NCBI GenBank assembly: GCA_963794325.1
Contig: CAWCDG010000005.1
Location: 363,517-427,516 of the forward strand
Source: an uncultured delta proteobacterium
GTDB taxonomy: Bacteria > Desulfobacterota > Binatia > Binatales > Binataceae
DNA: 64,000 bases
Direction: 5' to 3'
The notes under the pieces were generated by a model. That model ran no database searches. It was not told where the DNA came from and worked only from the letters and a program-made list of their open reading frames with translations. Both the position numbers and the translations under genes were made by a program. Below are positions 28,514 through 37,675 of this stretch, piece after piece (position 1 is the stretch's first letter; the number at the start of each line of letters is the position of its first letter).

Positions 28514-29236
28514 CTATTTCGTCCTGGCCTTGGTGTAGATCCCGTTGAAGCTGACGTTCAGCCCGCCGCAGTTGTTGTTATCCGACGCGACCAGGTAGGG
28601 TCCGCGCCGATGAAGTTTAACCACGCAAGACGATTCGTCATTGCCTTCCCTGAACACCAACTCCTTCTGTCCCGCCGCCAAAGGAGCGCGAGCCGAAAAG
28701 GCTCCCTCATTGACGGTTTCAGCGGTTTGGTAGTAGGCCTGTCCGTCGCCGGTGACTTGTCCCGCGGCCGCCGTCTTTATCTCGATAGAATCACTTTCGT
28801 ACTTCCACGTTCCGATCAAGAAATCGACCGACATGCCGTTGTCCTCAGCCATCGCCTCAAGGTTCTCGACCGGAATGAAGCCGGCGACGATCTTGCCATT
28901 GGACCTGCCATAGTAAACGCATCGAAAACCTCGATTCGGTGGGCCCGCGAAAATGACATCACCGCTCACCAGGTAGGTTTTTTGACGCGATCCGCACGGC
29001 TGGTCTTTCCGGCAGGGCTCAGTCTGCTTGTATAGATAGGCGCGCTCCGCACCCGAGCTTGGCTTGACCGCGAACAACGGAGCGTTTTCATAGGCAGAGT
29101 CATAGGTTAGACATTCCTGCTCCGCCTTGGGTTGTTCATCGGCGAAAGCGGTGGGAGAGCCTGGCAGTCCCGCTTCGAGCAGCACCGCGAGCGAGAGTGT
29201 CAAAAGCGTTCTGATTACGGGTTGCGTATCTATCAT
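28514..29236 (-). CDS. Secreted hypothetical protein (Cys-containing)
   Basis: Signal peptide after ATG 29236 (LLTLSLAVLLEAGL...AFA), TYLVSGDV, C-terminal DNNNCGGLNVSFNGIY. Confidence 0.65.
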   Translation of the reverse strand: MIDTQPVIRTLLTLSLAVLLEAGLPGSPTAFADEQPKAEQECLTYDSAYENAPLFAVKPSSGAERAYLYKQTEPCRKDQPCGSRQKTYLVSGDVIFAGPPNRGFRCVYYGRSNGKIVAGFIPVENLEAMAEDNGMSVDFLIGTWKYESDSIEIKTAAAGQVTGDGQAYYQTAETVNEGAFSARAPLAAGQKELVFREGNDESSCVVKLHRRGPYLVASDNNNCGGLNVSFNGIYTKARTK

Positions 29237-29402
29237 TGTGGTCCCAAGGTTATCGGCGTCTGTTGCGGGCCGCCACCCGCCGGCGCTTGGTCGCGGAGAA
29301 ACTTCGCTGGTACGACTTTTCAGCGGATGCGCTAAAATGAAAAAGCCGCGTGGCGGCTCAAGATCGAGGCAGACAAACCTGATTTGAGACGAATCGTTTG
29401 CC

Positions 29403-30188
29403 TTAGTGACGTCGCGGATCGACCCGCGGAACAAGCGCAGTGGCCTGAGCATTTATGGAATCGAGAAGCTTGGCGACCTTCACAACCATTTGTCGTCCCT
29501 GGCGAATCATGAACTTTTCCCGTTCCAATCGCGCCAAATGCTCGGTGACTCTTGGGCGCGAGGCGCCCACCAGGTTGGCGATATCCTTATGGCTGAAGGC
29601 TACCCGGAGCAGAATGCCCCGCGACTCCTCGACTCCAAAGTCCGAGCATAGTTCCAGCAGCGCGATGACTATTCGCTCGTGCAGGCCAAGGTTCATAAAA
29701 CTCGAGCTGCGCAGGAGAAGGCGGTACCATTGCTTCAAGTCGTTGCTGTGAAATTGCCTGAAGGCGGAATCGGGAGCATTTGGGGTAATTCCGCCGAAAT
29801 CAGCCCAGCTCACAGTTCCAACGCGGCAATCGTTGTACGCTTCGCATTGAAAACCGGATTGACTCAGCGGCAGCGTTGGGAAATCTGGAATCGGCCCCGG
29901 CGCCAGCAGCGCCACCGTGACACGCTGGTTGCGCGCGGTGCGGCAGGTGACCCGCGCAATCCCTGAGATCAGAATGTGCGCACCTTCGGCCAGCGAAACG
30001 TCGCGCAGAATGAGAGCGTTTCGTTTGTAATTGGTAATCGAGAGCGCGCTCGCCAGAAGTCTGAGTTCAGACGGAGAGAGCCACGACAAAGCTTTGATTC
30101 GGCTTAGTTTGTCGAGATCGGTTTCCCGAGAAGAATTTTTCTCATTCAAAATTGCACCGCGCAGGATCGAGCGCATATCCAGGGGCAA
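29403..30188 (-). CDS. Crp/Fnr-family transcriptional regulator
   Basis: AHILISGIARV, LLAPGPIP, HTH FSHKDIANLVGASRPRVTEH; close paralog of 25662-26447. Confidence 0.88.
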   Translation of the reverse strand: MPLDMRSILRGAILNEKNSSRETDLDKLSRIKALSWLSPSELRLLASALSITNYKRNALILRDVSLAEGAHILISGIARVTCRTARNQRVTVALLAPGPIPDFPTLPLSQSGFQCEAYNDCRVGTVSWADFGGITPNAPDSAFRQFHSNDLKQWYRLLLRSSSFMNLGLHERIVIALLELCSDFGVEESRGILLRVAFSHKDIANLVGASRPRVTEHLARLEREKFMIRQGRQMVVKVAKLLDSINAQATALVPRVDPRRH

Positions 30189-30250
30189 GCCTGAATAACG
30201 AGTGCGAATATGTTTCTAAGCTGAATGAAGTTAGGTTCAAGGCCAATTCC

Positions 30251-30264
30251 GTTACAAAAGGAAC
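30251..30264. promoter_or_regulatory. Candidate Crp-family operator GTTACAAAAGGAAC
   Basis: Imperfect palindrome between the divergent Crp genes; identical 14-mer at 37213-37226. Confidence 0.55.
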
Positions 30265-30384
30265 AAATCCTCCGTTGTTTTATGGCACCAATTGTCGTCA
30301 TATCCGGCGACTCTGCTCGACGCCCGCGGTCGGACGGATTCGATTAAGCTTAAGGGACAAGAGTTCGCTTCAATCTTTGTAGCT

Positions 30385-31134
30385 ATGCCATCACGCTCGA
30401 AACCCGGCAAATCCGTCAGGCAACGTGGGGCCAGGCCTCCTCAGCCTCGCGCATTCAACCCTCAAGATTTAGGGAAATTGAAAGGGCTGGCGGGTCTTTC
30501 CGTGCGCAAATTGGAGGCCTTGCGCGCCAGGATGAAGATTCGGCAGTTTTCCAGACACACTATCGTCTACAAGGAGGGGGAATCGGATGACGCCGTGTTC
30601 GTCCTGCTCTCGGGCATCGCCCGGCTGGTCTTCCTCAACCGAAAAGGAAAACGCAATCTGCTCGAAGTGCTGGGACCCGGCGACGTGATCCAAATTCCGT
30701 CATTGTTGCCCGACATTCATCACAGACTCACTTGCGAGGCCTTTACGGATTGTCAAATCGGGTTGATAAGCCCAACCGCGCTGGTGGAGGGCGTCGTCGG
30801 CATTCCGTTCCGCGATTTCGGCGAAGCGCTCAATCTGACCGTCGGCCGATGGTGGGCGCTGCTGGAGCGCCATTCAAACTTTCTCAGCCAGACGGTTCGA
30901 GAGAAAATCATGCTCGCCTTGCTCGATCTCGGCCGCAAGTTCGGTCAGCGAGACGACCACGGGATAATCATAGATCTGGGTCTAAGTGGTAAGGACATCG
31001 CGGACCTCGTGGAGAGCTCGCGGCCGAAAGTGAGCGAGTGCCTCAAGCAACTGGTTGCTGAAGGCGTGGTGAAGCGCGACCACCGCCGTTTCATCATCGA
31101 CTCGGCAAAAATCCAGACCAGCCTGCGCTCATAA
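30385..31134 (+). CDS. Crp/Fnr-family transcriptional regulator
   Basis: VYKEGESDDAVFVLLSGIARL, HTH LSGKDIADLVESSRPKVSEC; start placed at ATG 30385. Confidence 0.88.
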   Translation: MPSRSKPGKSVRQRGARPPQPRAFNPQDLGKLKGLAGLSVRKLEALRARMKIRQFSRHTIVYKEGESDDAVFVLLSGIARLVFLNRKGKRNLLEVLGPGDVIQIPSLLPDIHHRLTCEAFTDCQIGLISPTALVEGVVGIPFRDFGEALNLTVGRWWALLERHSNFLSQTVREKIMLALLDLGRKFGQRDDHGIIIDLGLSGKDIADLVESSRPKVSECLKQLVAEGVVKRDHRRFIIDSAKIQTSLRS

Positions 31135-31337
31135 CGGATTTTCTCCTGCGACGACTCTTTCGGTTCCTCGGAGCTCAATCCTGATAGCAGCAGCCGACGT
31201 CGATACTCGATCATCGTTGTCGCGACTGCTGTATAGTAGTACGAAATATTTTCTCGCCATCGCGCCGGTCTCTCGCCCCTGCGTGTTTCAAAAAAATTAA
31301 TCGGGCGCGGTGGCCGCTCGGAGCAAGGTCCAGATAA

Positions 31338-32576
31338 ATGACTATCGCTCTCAAAGCTGCACGGATCTTCGACGGCAAGTCGGATCGGATTGAAGCAAGT
31401 GGCGTGCTCCTGATCGAGGGAGAAGAGATCGCCGCATGCGCCCCCGACCTGCAAGTCCCGGCCGGCGCCGAACTGATCGATCTCGGCGATGTGACGCTGT
31501 GTCCCGGCTTCATCGATGCGCACACTCATCTGACAGTTGGGGTGAAATCCTATAACGAGTTCTTCATCGATCGCTTTCGGCAGCACGTCGCGGAGAAAGC
31601 GTACCAGGCGGCGGTCCATGCCCGCGTCACGCTGGAGGGCGGCTTCACCACGGTGCGCGACGTGGGATGCCTGTATCCCGACAGCTTTATCGATGTGAGC
31701 CTGCGCAATGCGATCGCCAAGGGACAGCTCCCGGGTCCGAGGATGCTGGTGGCGATCAATCTTATCGGCGCGACCGGTGGGCATTCCGATCGCAATGCAG
31801 GCCTTCACTTCCGCGCCACCGGCAGAGAGTCCGACTACACTGACGGCATCGCGGACAGTCCGGCCGGCCTGCGCAAGGCGGTGCGCTTCAACGTGAAGTA
31901 CGGCGCCGACGTGATCAAGTTTTGCGCGTCGGGCGGCGTCATGTCGCTGGCCGACGAGGTCGATACTCCACAGCTGACGCTCGATGAAATGACGGCCGTG
32001 GTGGACGAGGCGCATCGGCTGCGCAAACGGGTCGCGGTCCATTGTCATGGCGACTCCGCTGCGCGCGACGCGATCGAAGCGGGGGTTGATTCCATCGAGC
32101 ACGGCACCTTTCTCCGCGATGAGACGCTCGAAGCGATGAAGGCAGGCGGGGTTTACCTGGTGCCGACGCTGTTGGTTCAGCATCAGCTTGGGCGCGGGTT
32201 GGATCGGCTGCCGCCCGAGCTGGCCGTCAAGGCCCGCCAGGCAATCGAAGCGGCGCCCGGGATGGTCAGGCGCGCGCTGGAGATCGGAGTGAAGATCGCG
32301 CTTGGCACCGACTCTGGAGTTTGCCGCCACGGAATAAACGCTCGCGAGATGGGTCTGTTGGTGAAGGCCGGCATGAGTCCGATCGCCGCGCTCAAGAGCG
32401 CCACCTCGGTGAACGCTGAACTGCTCGGTCTCAGCGGGAAGATCGGAACGCTGGAAGCGGGCAAGCGTGCCGATATCATTGCGGTGCCGGGCGACCCCGG
32501 CAACGATATCAGGGTCACCGAAAGAGTGGTGTTTGTAATGAAGGACGGAAAAATTGTCAGGAACGCCGACCGCTGA
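31338..32576 (+). CDS. Metal-dependent amidohydrolase (Xaa-Pro dipeptidase-like subgroup)
   Basis: PGFIDAHTH, GFTTVRDVG, GADVIKF, AVHCHG, SIEHG, GTDSG. Confidence 0.93.
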   Translation: MTIALKAARIFDGKSDRIEASGVLLIEGEEIAACAPDLQVPAGAELIDLGDVTLCPGFIDAHTHLTVGVKSYNEFFIDRFRQHVAEKAYQAAVHARVTLEGGFTTVRDVGCLYPDSFIDVSLRNAIAKGQLPGPRMLVAINLIGATGGHSDRNAGLHFRATGRESDYTDGIADSPAGLRKAVRFNVKYGADVIKFCASGGVMSLADEVDTPQLTLDEMTAVVDEAHRLRKRVAVHCHGDSAARDAIEAGVDSIEHGTFLRDETLEAMKAGGVYLVPTLLVQHQLGRGLDRLPPELAVKARQAIEAAPGMVRRALEIGVKIALGTDSGVCRHGINAREMGLLVKAGMSPIAALKSATSVNAELLGLSGKIGTLEAGKRADIIAVPGDPGNDIRVTERVVFVMKDGKIVRNADR

Positions 32577-32587
32577 GGCAGTAAGAA

Positions 32588-33436
32588 ATGCGGGTTGATA
32601 TCGGCGGTTGCAGGATGTTCTTCGATGTCGAAGGGGCCAAGCTGCGGCCCGACGGACCGCGGATGCGCGAGGTGCCTACCCTGCTCTTGTTACATGGCGG
32701 CCCCGGCGCCGATCATTCGATCTTCAAACCCGCATACTCGCAGCTCGCCGACATCGCGCAAGTCGTTTATTTCGACCATCGTGGCGATGGACGCAGCGAC
32801 GGGCGCGACGACTCCGAACAATGGAGGCTTTCGCAGTGGGGCGATGACGTAAAGGCGCTGTGCGACGCGCTCGAGATAGAACGGCCAATCGTCATGGGGG
32901 TGTCGTTCGGCGGTTACGTCGCGATGTCTTACGCGCTGCGCCATCCACAACATCCCGCCAAACTGATTCTTTGCAGCACGGCGGCATCGCCCAGCAAGAA
33001 AGAGATACAGGTCAAAGTTTTCGAGGGGCTCGGTGGAGCGGCGGCCGGTGCGGCAGCGAGAGCATTTCTCGAGGATCCCACGCGGGATGCAACGCGCGAG
33101 TTTCGGCGCCTATGCGGCCCGCTCTATCACCGCAGTCCCCACGACCGGAACATCGATGCGCGCACGATCTGGAATCCGCGCTTGATGGCTGCATTCCGCC
33201 GCGGCGAGAGAGAGTCGATGAACTTCCTGCCGGAACTCCACCGGATCAAGTGCCCGACGCTCGTGATGGTAGGCGAGGACGACCCGATGACGCCGGTAGC
33301 GTGCGCCGAAGAGATCGTCGCGGCGCTGCCACCGGAGCTGGTGCGCTTCGAACGATTCGCCGGCGCTGGCCACGGCATCGTCGCCGATCAGCCGGAACGA
33401 TTTTTTGAAGTGATCCGCGCGTTCATCGCCGCGTGA
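32588..33436 (+). CDS. Alpha/beta hydrolase (proline iminopeptidase-like)
   Basis: LHGGPG, DHRGDGRS, GVSFGG nucleophile, GEDD, AGH. Confidence 0.9.
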   Translation: MRVDIGGCRMFFDVEGAKLRPDGPRMREVPTLLLLHGGPGADHSIFKPAYSQLADIAQVVYFDHRGDGRSDGRDDSEQWRLSQWGDDVKALCDALEIERPIVMGVSFGGYVAMSYALRHPQHPAKLILCSTAASPSKKEIQVKVFEGLGGAAAGAAARAFLEDPTRDATREFRRLCGPLYHRSPHDRNIDARTIWNPRLMAAFRRGERESMNFLPELHRIKCPTLVMVGEDDPMTPVACAEEIVAALPPELVRFERFAGAGHGIVADQPERFFEVIRAFIAA

Positions 33437-33456
33437 GCGGACAACGAACACGACTC

Positions 33457-35001
33457 CTAGAGCGCGCCGAGAATTCCGCCGGGAACGTTGTCCCATGCGC
33501 GACGCTCTTCTTCGAAGGGCGCATCGGCGACGCTGCTGGTCTCGCCGAGTAGCATCGTTGCGCGGCGCGCCTCGGTGTATCCCGGCCATGCGCCGAGGCT
33601 CGCGCAACCGGGATCGCCGGTGCGCGCGAACGCGAGCCACGCATCCTGCATCTCGCCAGCAAGCTTTTCAGCCGCCGGACCTTCGCCGGCGAAACGACGC
33701 ATTCCCGCCAGATGATTAGTGCCAAAGACGAAGCCGAGCTCCAGCGCGTGGCACGAGCCCAGCGCGCCGCGCATCGCGGGTGACCGCCAGGTGAAAAGAT
33801 AGTTGTAGATGCGCTGCTCGCTCCGTCCGTGGATCTCCGCGAGACGGACCCCCGGCATCCTGAAGACGCGGTCGGTCTCGATCGCCGAAAATAACTCCGG
33901 CGGCGTAGTCGAAGCGCCCGCGGATGCACGTGCGCGCTCGTAAGTTGCGATCACCGAGCCCGCGAAATCCGTGGGCAGCCGCTTGCTCATCCGCGCAAGC
34001 AGGCCGGCCTGGTCCAGTTTCTGGGCTGAAGGATCCATTGCGGAGAATAATTTCCATTCCTCGAGATTGGACCCAACCATCACCGCGACGCCGGCTGCCG
34101 AGCCTTGCGCCACCATCTCGATCAACTCGCCCGGAATGACGGTGCCGTCCACCACCGGCTGGTAAGCCATCCCCAGCTCGCGATCGGGCGTCTTGCCGTC
34201 CGCGCCGAACACACCGGTGAGCAACTGAGCAACTGGCAGCGCGCGTATCGCTTCAGCGTCGTCGGCGGAGACGCCCAGCTTCGACAGCACTCGCTCGGCC
34301 GTCCGGTTCGCCCTCGCCACCGTCGACACGGTGTCGCACGACCCGCTCTGCGCGATCGCTTTGTGGAATAGACCTCGCGCCGACGGCATTGCCAGCAGCG
34401 CCCCGACGCTCATACCTCCGGCCGATTCACCGAAGATCGTGACGTTGTCGGGATCCCCGCCGAATTCGGCGATATTGTCGCGGACCCATTCGAGCGCTGC
34501 GATCTGGTCGAGCAGCCCTTCGTTGCCGCTCGATGGAATTCGTCCGTTGGTGACGTCGTTGAGACGCAGAAAGCCGAGCGGTCCGAGCCGGTAATTAATC
34601 GTGACAATGACCACGTCGCCGCGCCGGGCGAGAACCGCGCCGTTGTAAATTTCCTGCGAGCCCGCGCCGATCGTAAATCCGCCGCCATGAATCCAGACCA
34701 TCACCGGCCGCCGAGCGCCATCGAGTCCTGGCGTCCACACATTTAGATTCAGGCAATCTTCCGAGTGCGCTTGATCGATCTTCATCGCGGCGAGGGCCTG
34801 GTTGGTAACCGGGTTTTGATGCGCAACCGCGCCAAAGCGCCGCGCATCGCGAACTCCCGTCCACGGCAGTGGCTTCTCGGGAGGAAGCCATCGCCGAGCG
34901 CCGTCAGGAGCCGCCGCGAACGGCACTCCTTTGAAGACGAACAGCCCGTCCTGTTCCTCACTTTCGAGTCTTCCGTAGCGGGTCGATACGATCGCGCTCA
35001 T
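33457..35001 (-). CDS. Type B carboxylesterase (p-nitrobenzyl esterase-like)
   Basis: SEDCLNLNVWTP, WIHGGGF, FGESAGG, CHALELGFVFG. Confidence 0.95.
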   Translation of the reverse strand: MSAIVSTRYGRLESEEQDGLFVFKGVPFAAAPDGARRWLPPEKPLPWTGVRDARRFGAVAHQNPVTNQALAAMKIDQAHSEDCLNLNVWTPGLDGARRPVMVWIHGGGFTIGAGSQEIYNGAVLARRGDVVIVTINYRLGPLGFLRLNDVTNGRIPSSGNEGLLDQIAALEWVRDNIAEFGGDPDNVTIFGESAGGMSVGALLAMPSARGLFHKAIAQSGSCDTVSTVARANRTAERVLSKLGVSADDAEAIRALPVAQLLTGVFGADGKTPDRELGMAYQPVVDGTVIPGELIEMVAQGSAAGVAVMVGSNLEEWKLFSAMDPSAQKLDQAGLLARMSKRLPTDFAGSVIATYERARASAGASTTPPELFSAIETDRVFRMPGVRLAEIHGRSEQRIYNYLFTWRSPAMRGALGSCHALELGFVFGTNHLAGMRRFAGEGPAAEKLAGEMQDAWLAFARTGDPGCASLGAWPGYTEARRATMLLGETSSVADAPFEEERRAWDNVPGGILGAL

Positions 35002-35049
35002 CTGTTGTGTCCTCGTGAGTCCCAGGGATTCGCCTTCATGATCTTTTGA

Positions 35050-35247
35050 TCACGAGGTCAAAGTCCACAGCGGGTCGCCATTCTGATCACGAGGTCCAGC
35101 GTCCATTGCGGTGTACCATGGCGCGCTTGTGTGGGCTCGAACAGCGCCTGCTACGTTACCGACAATGGCCCTGGCTTGTGCGGCGTGCGCTGACTGGATC
35201 GCCAGCGACACGCCCACGATAAATCCAGCCAGAATCGTCAGCCGCAT
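35050..35247 (-). CDS. Small secreted hypothetical protein
   Basis: Signal peptide MRLTILAGFIVGVSLAIQSAHA; 13 bp downstream of the BON gene. Confidence 0.5.
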   Translation of the reverse strand: MRLTILAGFIVGVSLAIQSAHAAQARAIVGNVAGAVRAHTSAPWYTAMDAGPRDQNGDPLWTLTS

Positions 35248-35260
35248 ATTTTATACTCGG

Positions 35261-35674
35261 CTAGCTCTGAGGAACTGAAGGGTCTACTTGCAGATCGTTG
35301 GTAACATTTCGCACACCGCTCGCATCCTTCGCGATCGCTACCGCGCGCGACGCGACGTCCGAATCGTGTACGCGGCCTTCCAGCGTCACGACGCCGGCGG
35401 TTGTGGTGACGTGAATCTGGCCGGATCTCATGTCCTTGGCAGCAGCCAGATTTGTTTTCACCGCTGCTGTGATAGTCGTGTCATCCACCGCGGTGACCGC
35501 GCCTTGATAGGCGTTCTGCGCCGCGCCTTCTGTGTCTTCGCCTGCCTGATGCATCGAAGTACTGGCGGGAACCTCTGAGCCGGCGCTCGTCTCCTGTGCG
35601 ATAGCTGGAATTGCCAGCCCAAATCCCAGAACCATCGCAGGTACCATAGCCAGTATTTTGTTCTTGCTTTTCAT
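35261..35674 (-). CDS. BON-domain (OsmY-like) protein
   Basis: AAGGAG RBS, signal peptide, DDTTITAAVK, IHVTTTAGVVTLEG, GVRNVTNDLQV. Confidence 0.9.
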   Translation of the reverse strand: MKSKNKILAMVPAMVLGFGLAIPAIAQETSAGSEVPASTSMHQAGEDTEGAAQNAYQGAVTAVDDTTITAAVKTNLAAAKDMRSGQIHVTTTAGVVTLEGRVHDSDVASRAVAIAKDASGVRNVTNDLQVDPSVPQS

Positions 35675-35750
35675 AGCTCTAATCTCCTTGTTAAGTTTCA
35701 GTGGATCGAAATTTTAGGCGGCCACCGTATTTCAGAATGCACATCGCGAC

Positions 35751-36158
35751 TCAGGGCAGGCTCGGTATCGCCTTTACGATCTTCAAGGTGCGCCGAACGA
35801 AGTTGGTCAGCTCGTTGAGGTCTATCGGGCCAGAGGTGGTGCAGCCGGAATCAGGTCCGCGATAATGTCCCTGCGCGAAAGCGTGGATGGCGTCGAGGTC
35901 ATCGAGCAGTTCACATGCAGGATGCTGCTTGCCGGTAGTGCGGATTTTCTCGATGATGCGCGCGAGAGAGTCATCCGAATCGAAGAACGTCGGATATGTG
36001 AAGGTGCAGTAAGTCACGACGACGAACCGCATCTTCGTGACCATCTCTTCGGGCCGTCCCTCTCCGGTTTTGTAGAAATACAAAAGATCGACGATCGCGG
36101 ACGCGACACGTGAATTGCGCGAACCCTCAAAGCCAATATCTGCAGCTTCTAACGTCAC
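35751..36158 (-). CDS. Hypothetical protein resembling the isolated C-terminal domain of AAA_13/RloC-like ATPases
   Basis: KMRFVVVTYC...YPTFF...DSLARIIEKIR...LDDLDAIH...IDLNELTNFVRRTL; resemblance from memory only. Confidence 0.45.
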   Translation of the reverse strand: MTLEAADIGFEGSRNSRVASAIVDLLYFYKTGEGRPEEMVTKMRFVVVTYCTFTYPTFFDSDDSLARIIEKIRTTGKQHPACELLDDLDAIHAFAQGHYRGPDSGCTTSGPIDLNELTNFVRRTLKIVKAIPSLP

Positions 36159-36216
36159 TCGCCACCTGTTCTTACCGGAAAGCCCGGTTTCTGTTTGAAA
36201 ATCAAATGCACGAGCC

Positions 36217-36768
36217 TTACTTCATGCTGGTGCGATTGTTCGCCGGATTCTCGGAACTGCCCATCGCTGAGCGTTTCTGCAGGTTCTCGGTCATTGCAAG
36301 GTTCGCCTTCAGGATCGGAAGCGTCTGCTCGACGTAGAGCTGCATGTCGCGATCGTTTCTGAAACCGCGATTGGCGGTCTTGAACGTTTCGATCGCGCCC
36401 TGCTGATCGCGAACCGACCTGGCAAAGTACGCCTCATTGAAAGCGCCGCCGTTCAATTTCGACATTTCGTCGTCTGCAGCGGTGTCCTTTTTGTACGCGT
36501 TCAGCGTGATCTTCCGCGAATCGGCCAGTGCCTTGACGGCTTCCTGGTTGGCTTTAAAATCGCCGGTCATCGTATCCGCCAACGTGATCATGGCCTGATT
36601 GTCGCCCGCCTTGCTGCGGAGCATTGTCGCCGCGTCCTGTTGTTCGTAGTTCATCTGATTCGCCCCGTTCAAAAACGTCATCGCACTCTCCGATGCGGCG
36701 GAGGCCAACTGCGGAATACTAAGTGCACCTACTAGTGCAAGCAGCGCGGAAGTTGATTTCAGGTTCAT
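36217..36768 (-). CDS. Secreted DUF4142-like helical protein
   Basis: Signal peptide, LNGGAFNEAY, YVEQTLPILKANL. Confidence 0.75.
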   Translation of the reverse strand: MNLKSTSALLALVGALSIPQLASAASESAMTFLNGANQMNYEQQDAATMLRSKAGDNQAMITLADTMTGDFKANQEAVKALADSRKITLNAYKKDTAADDEMSKLNGGAFNEAYFARSVRDQQGAIETFKTANRGFRNDRDMQLYVEQTLPILKANLAMTENLQKRSAMGSSENPANNRTSMK

Positions 36769-36864
36769 CTCGAGGTCTCCTAAGTCTATTAGTTAGTATA
36801 GTTCTGTGGATCACTGACGATAGCAGCTAGTGAGCAAATGTACATCTTCAATGCGTCTGTCTTA

Positions 36865-36878
36865 GTTATTCGGATAAC
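36865..36878. promoter_or_regulatory. Palindrome GTTATTCGGATAAC (candidate Crp-family site)
   Basis: Perfect GTTAT-N4-ATAAC about 100 bp upstream of the DUF4142 gene. Confidence 0.45.
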
Positions 36879-37212
36879 CAAACCTGGCGTCAGTTGAATA
36901 GCCAGTGCATGGCAAATGACTATTTGCCAACCACAGAGAAAATAGTCATTGAGTATTAGCAACTGGCGCTACGTAGATGGTGTGATATCGCGCCGATGAG
37001 CCGTCGTCGCGGGCAGTCTCATGCACTACGCGACGGTCTGTGAGCTTACCTGCCGATTCGTCTTCAGACCGGGATTCTGAAACCGGGAAAAAAGAAAGCA
37101 CGCGTCGGCTTCACCATGAGGGCATATGGCCGAGCGTGCTTTCGGATCGCGGGAGGCGAAGCCGACGATCCCTGTTGTAGTGGCAATGGGCGGTCGACGC
37201 CACCGCCGATGG

Positions 37213-37226
37213 GTTACAAAAGGAAC
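37213..37226. promoter_or_regulatory. Candidate Crp-family operator upstream of the biosynthetic operon
   Basis: GTTACAAAAGGAAC, identical to 30251-30264. Confidence 0.55.
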
Positions 37227-37675
37227 GATTCTGAACGTTCTCATCGTTCACCGCACACCATGCCGTCAGTACACCCCGATAGGTGCCTTCCGTAACATTC
37301 CGGATCGCGCAAAACGAGGGAAATGTGCCCTCGATCCGATCGCCGGTGTTCTCTGAAGAACGTAAAACTTAGACCGAACGGGTCGTTTCCTTGACCCTGC
37401 CAGTGGGCGCGCCCAAACTTGAAATGGTCAGGACCGACATATGAATCGGGTCCGACTTTGATCCGGTCTGACTGTGGGCCTTTCTCTCGCCTTCGACCAC
37501 TTTCCGACAGACCAACACTAACCCTTTAGAAACGAAGGCCTGTAGAGGCTCTCATGAGACCGCCTCATCTGTCGCAGGCGGAACCGATTCATCGCAATCG
37601 CGACAGTTGGAGCTCTCGATTGGGTAATTCCACGACTTTCGTGGCGTCTATCTGGGTACACAAGGGTCAGCAACT

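Noticed and set aside
28490-29035. 181-aa ORF overlapping the acyltransferase stop
   Set aside because: Antisense to a better ORF that has a signal peptide and plausible composition.
30945-32330. 461-aa minus-strand ORF
   Set aside because: Shadow of the amidohydrolase.
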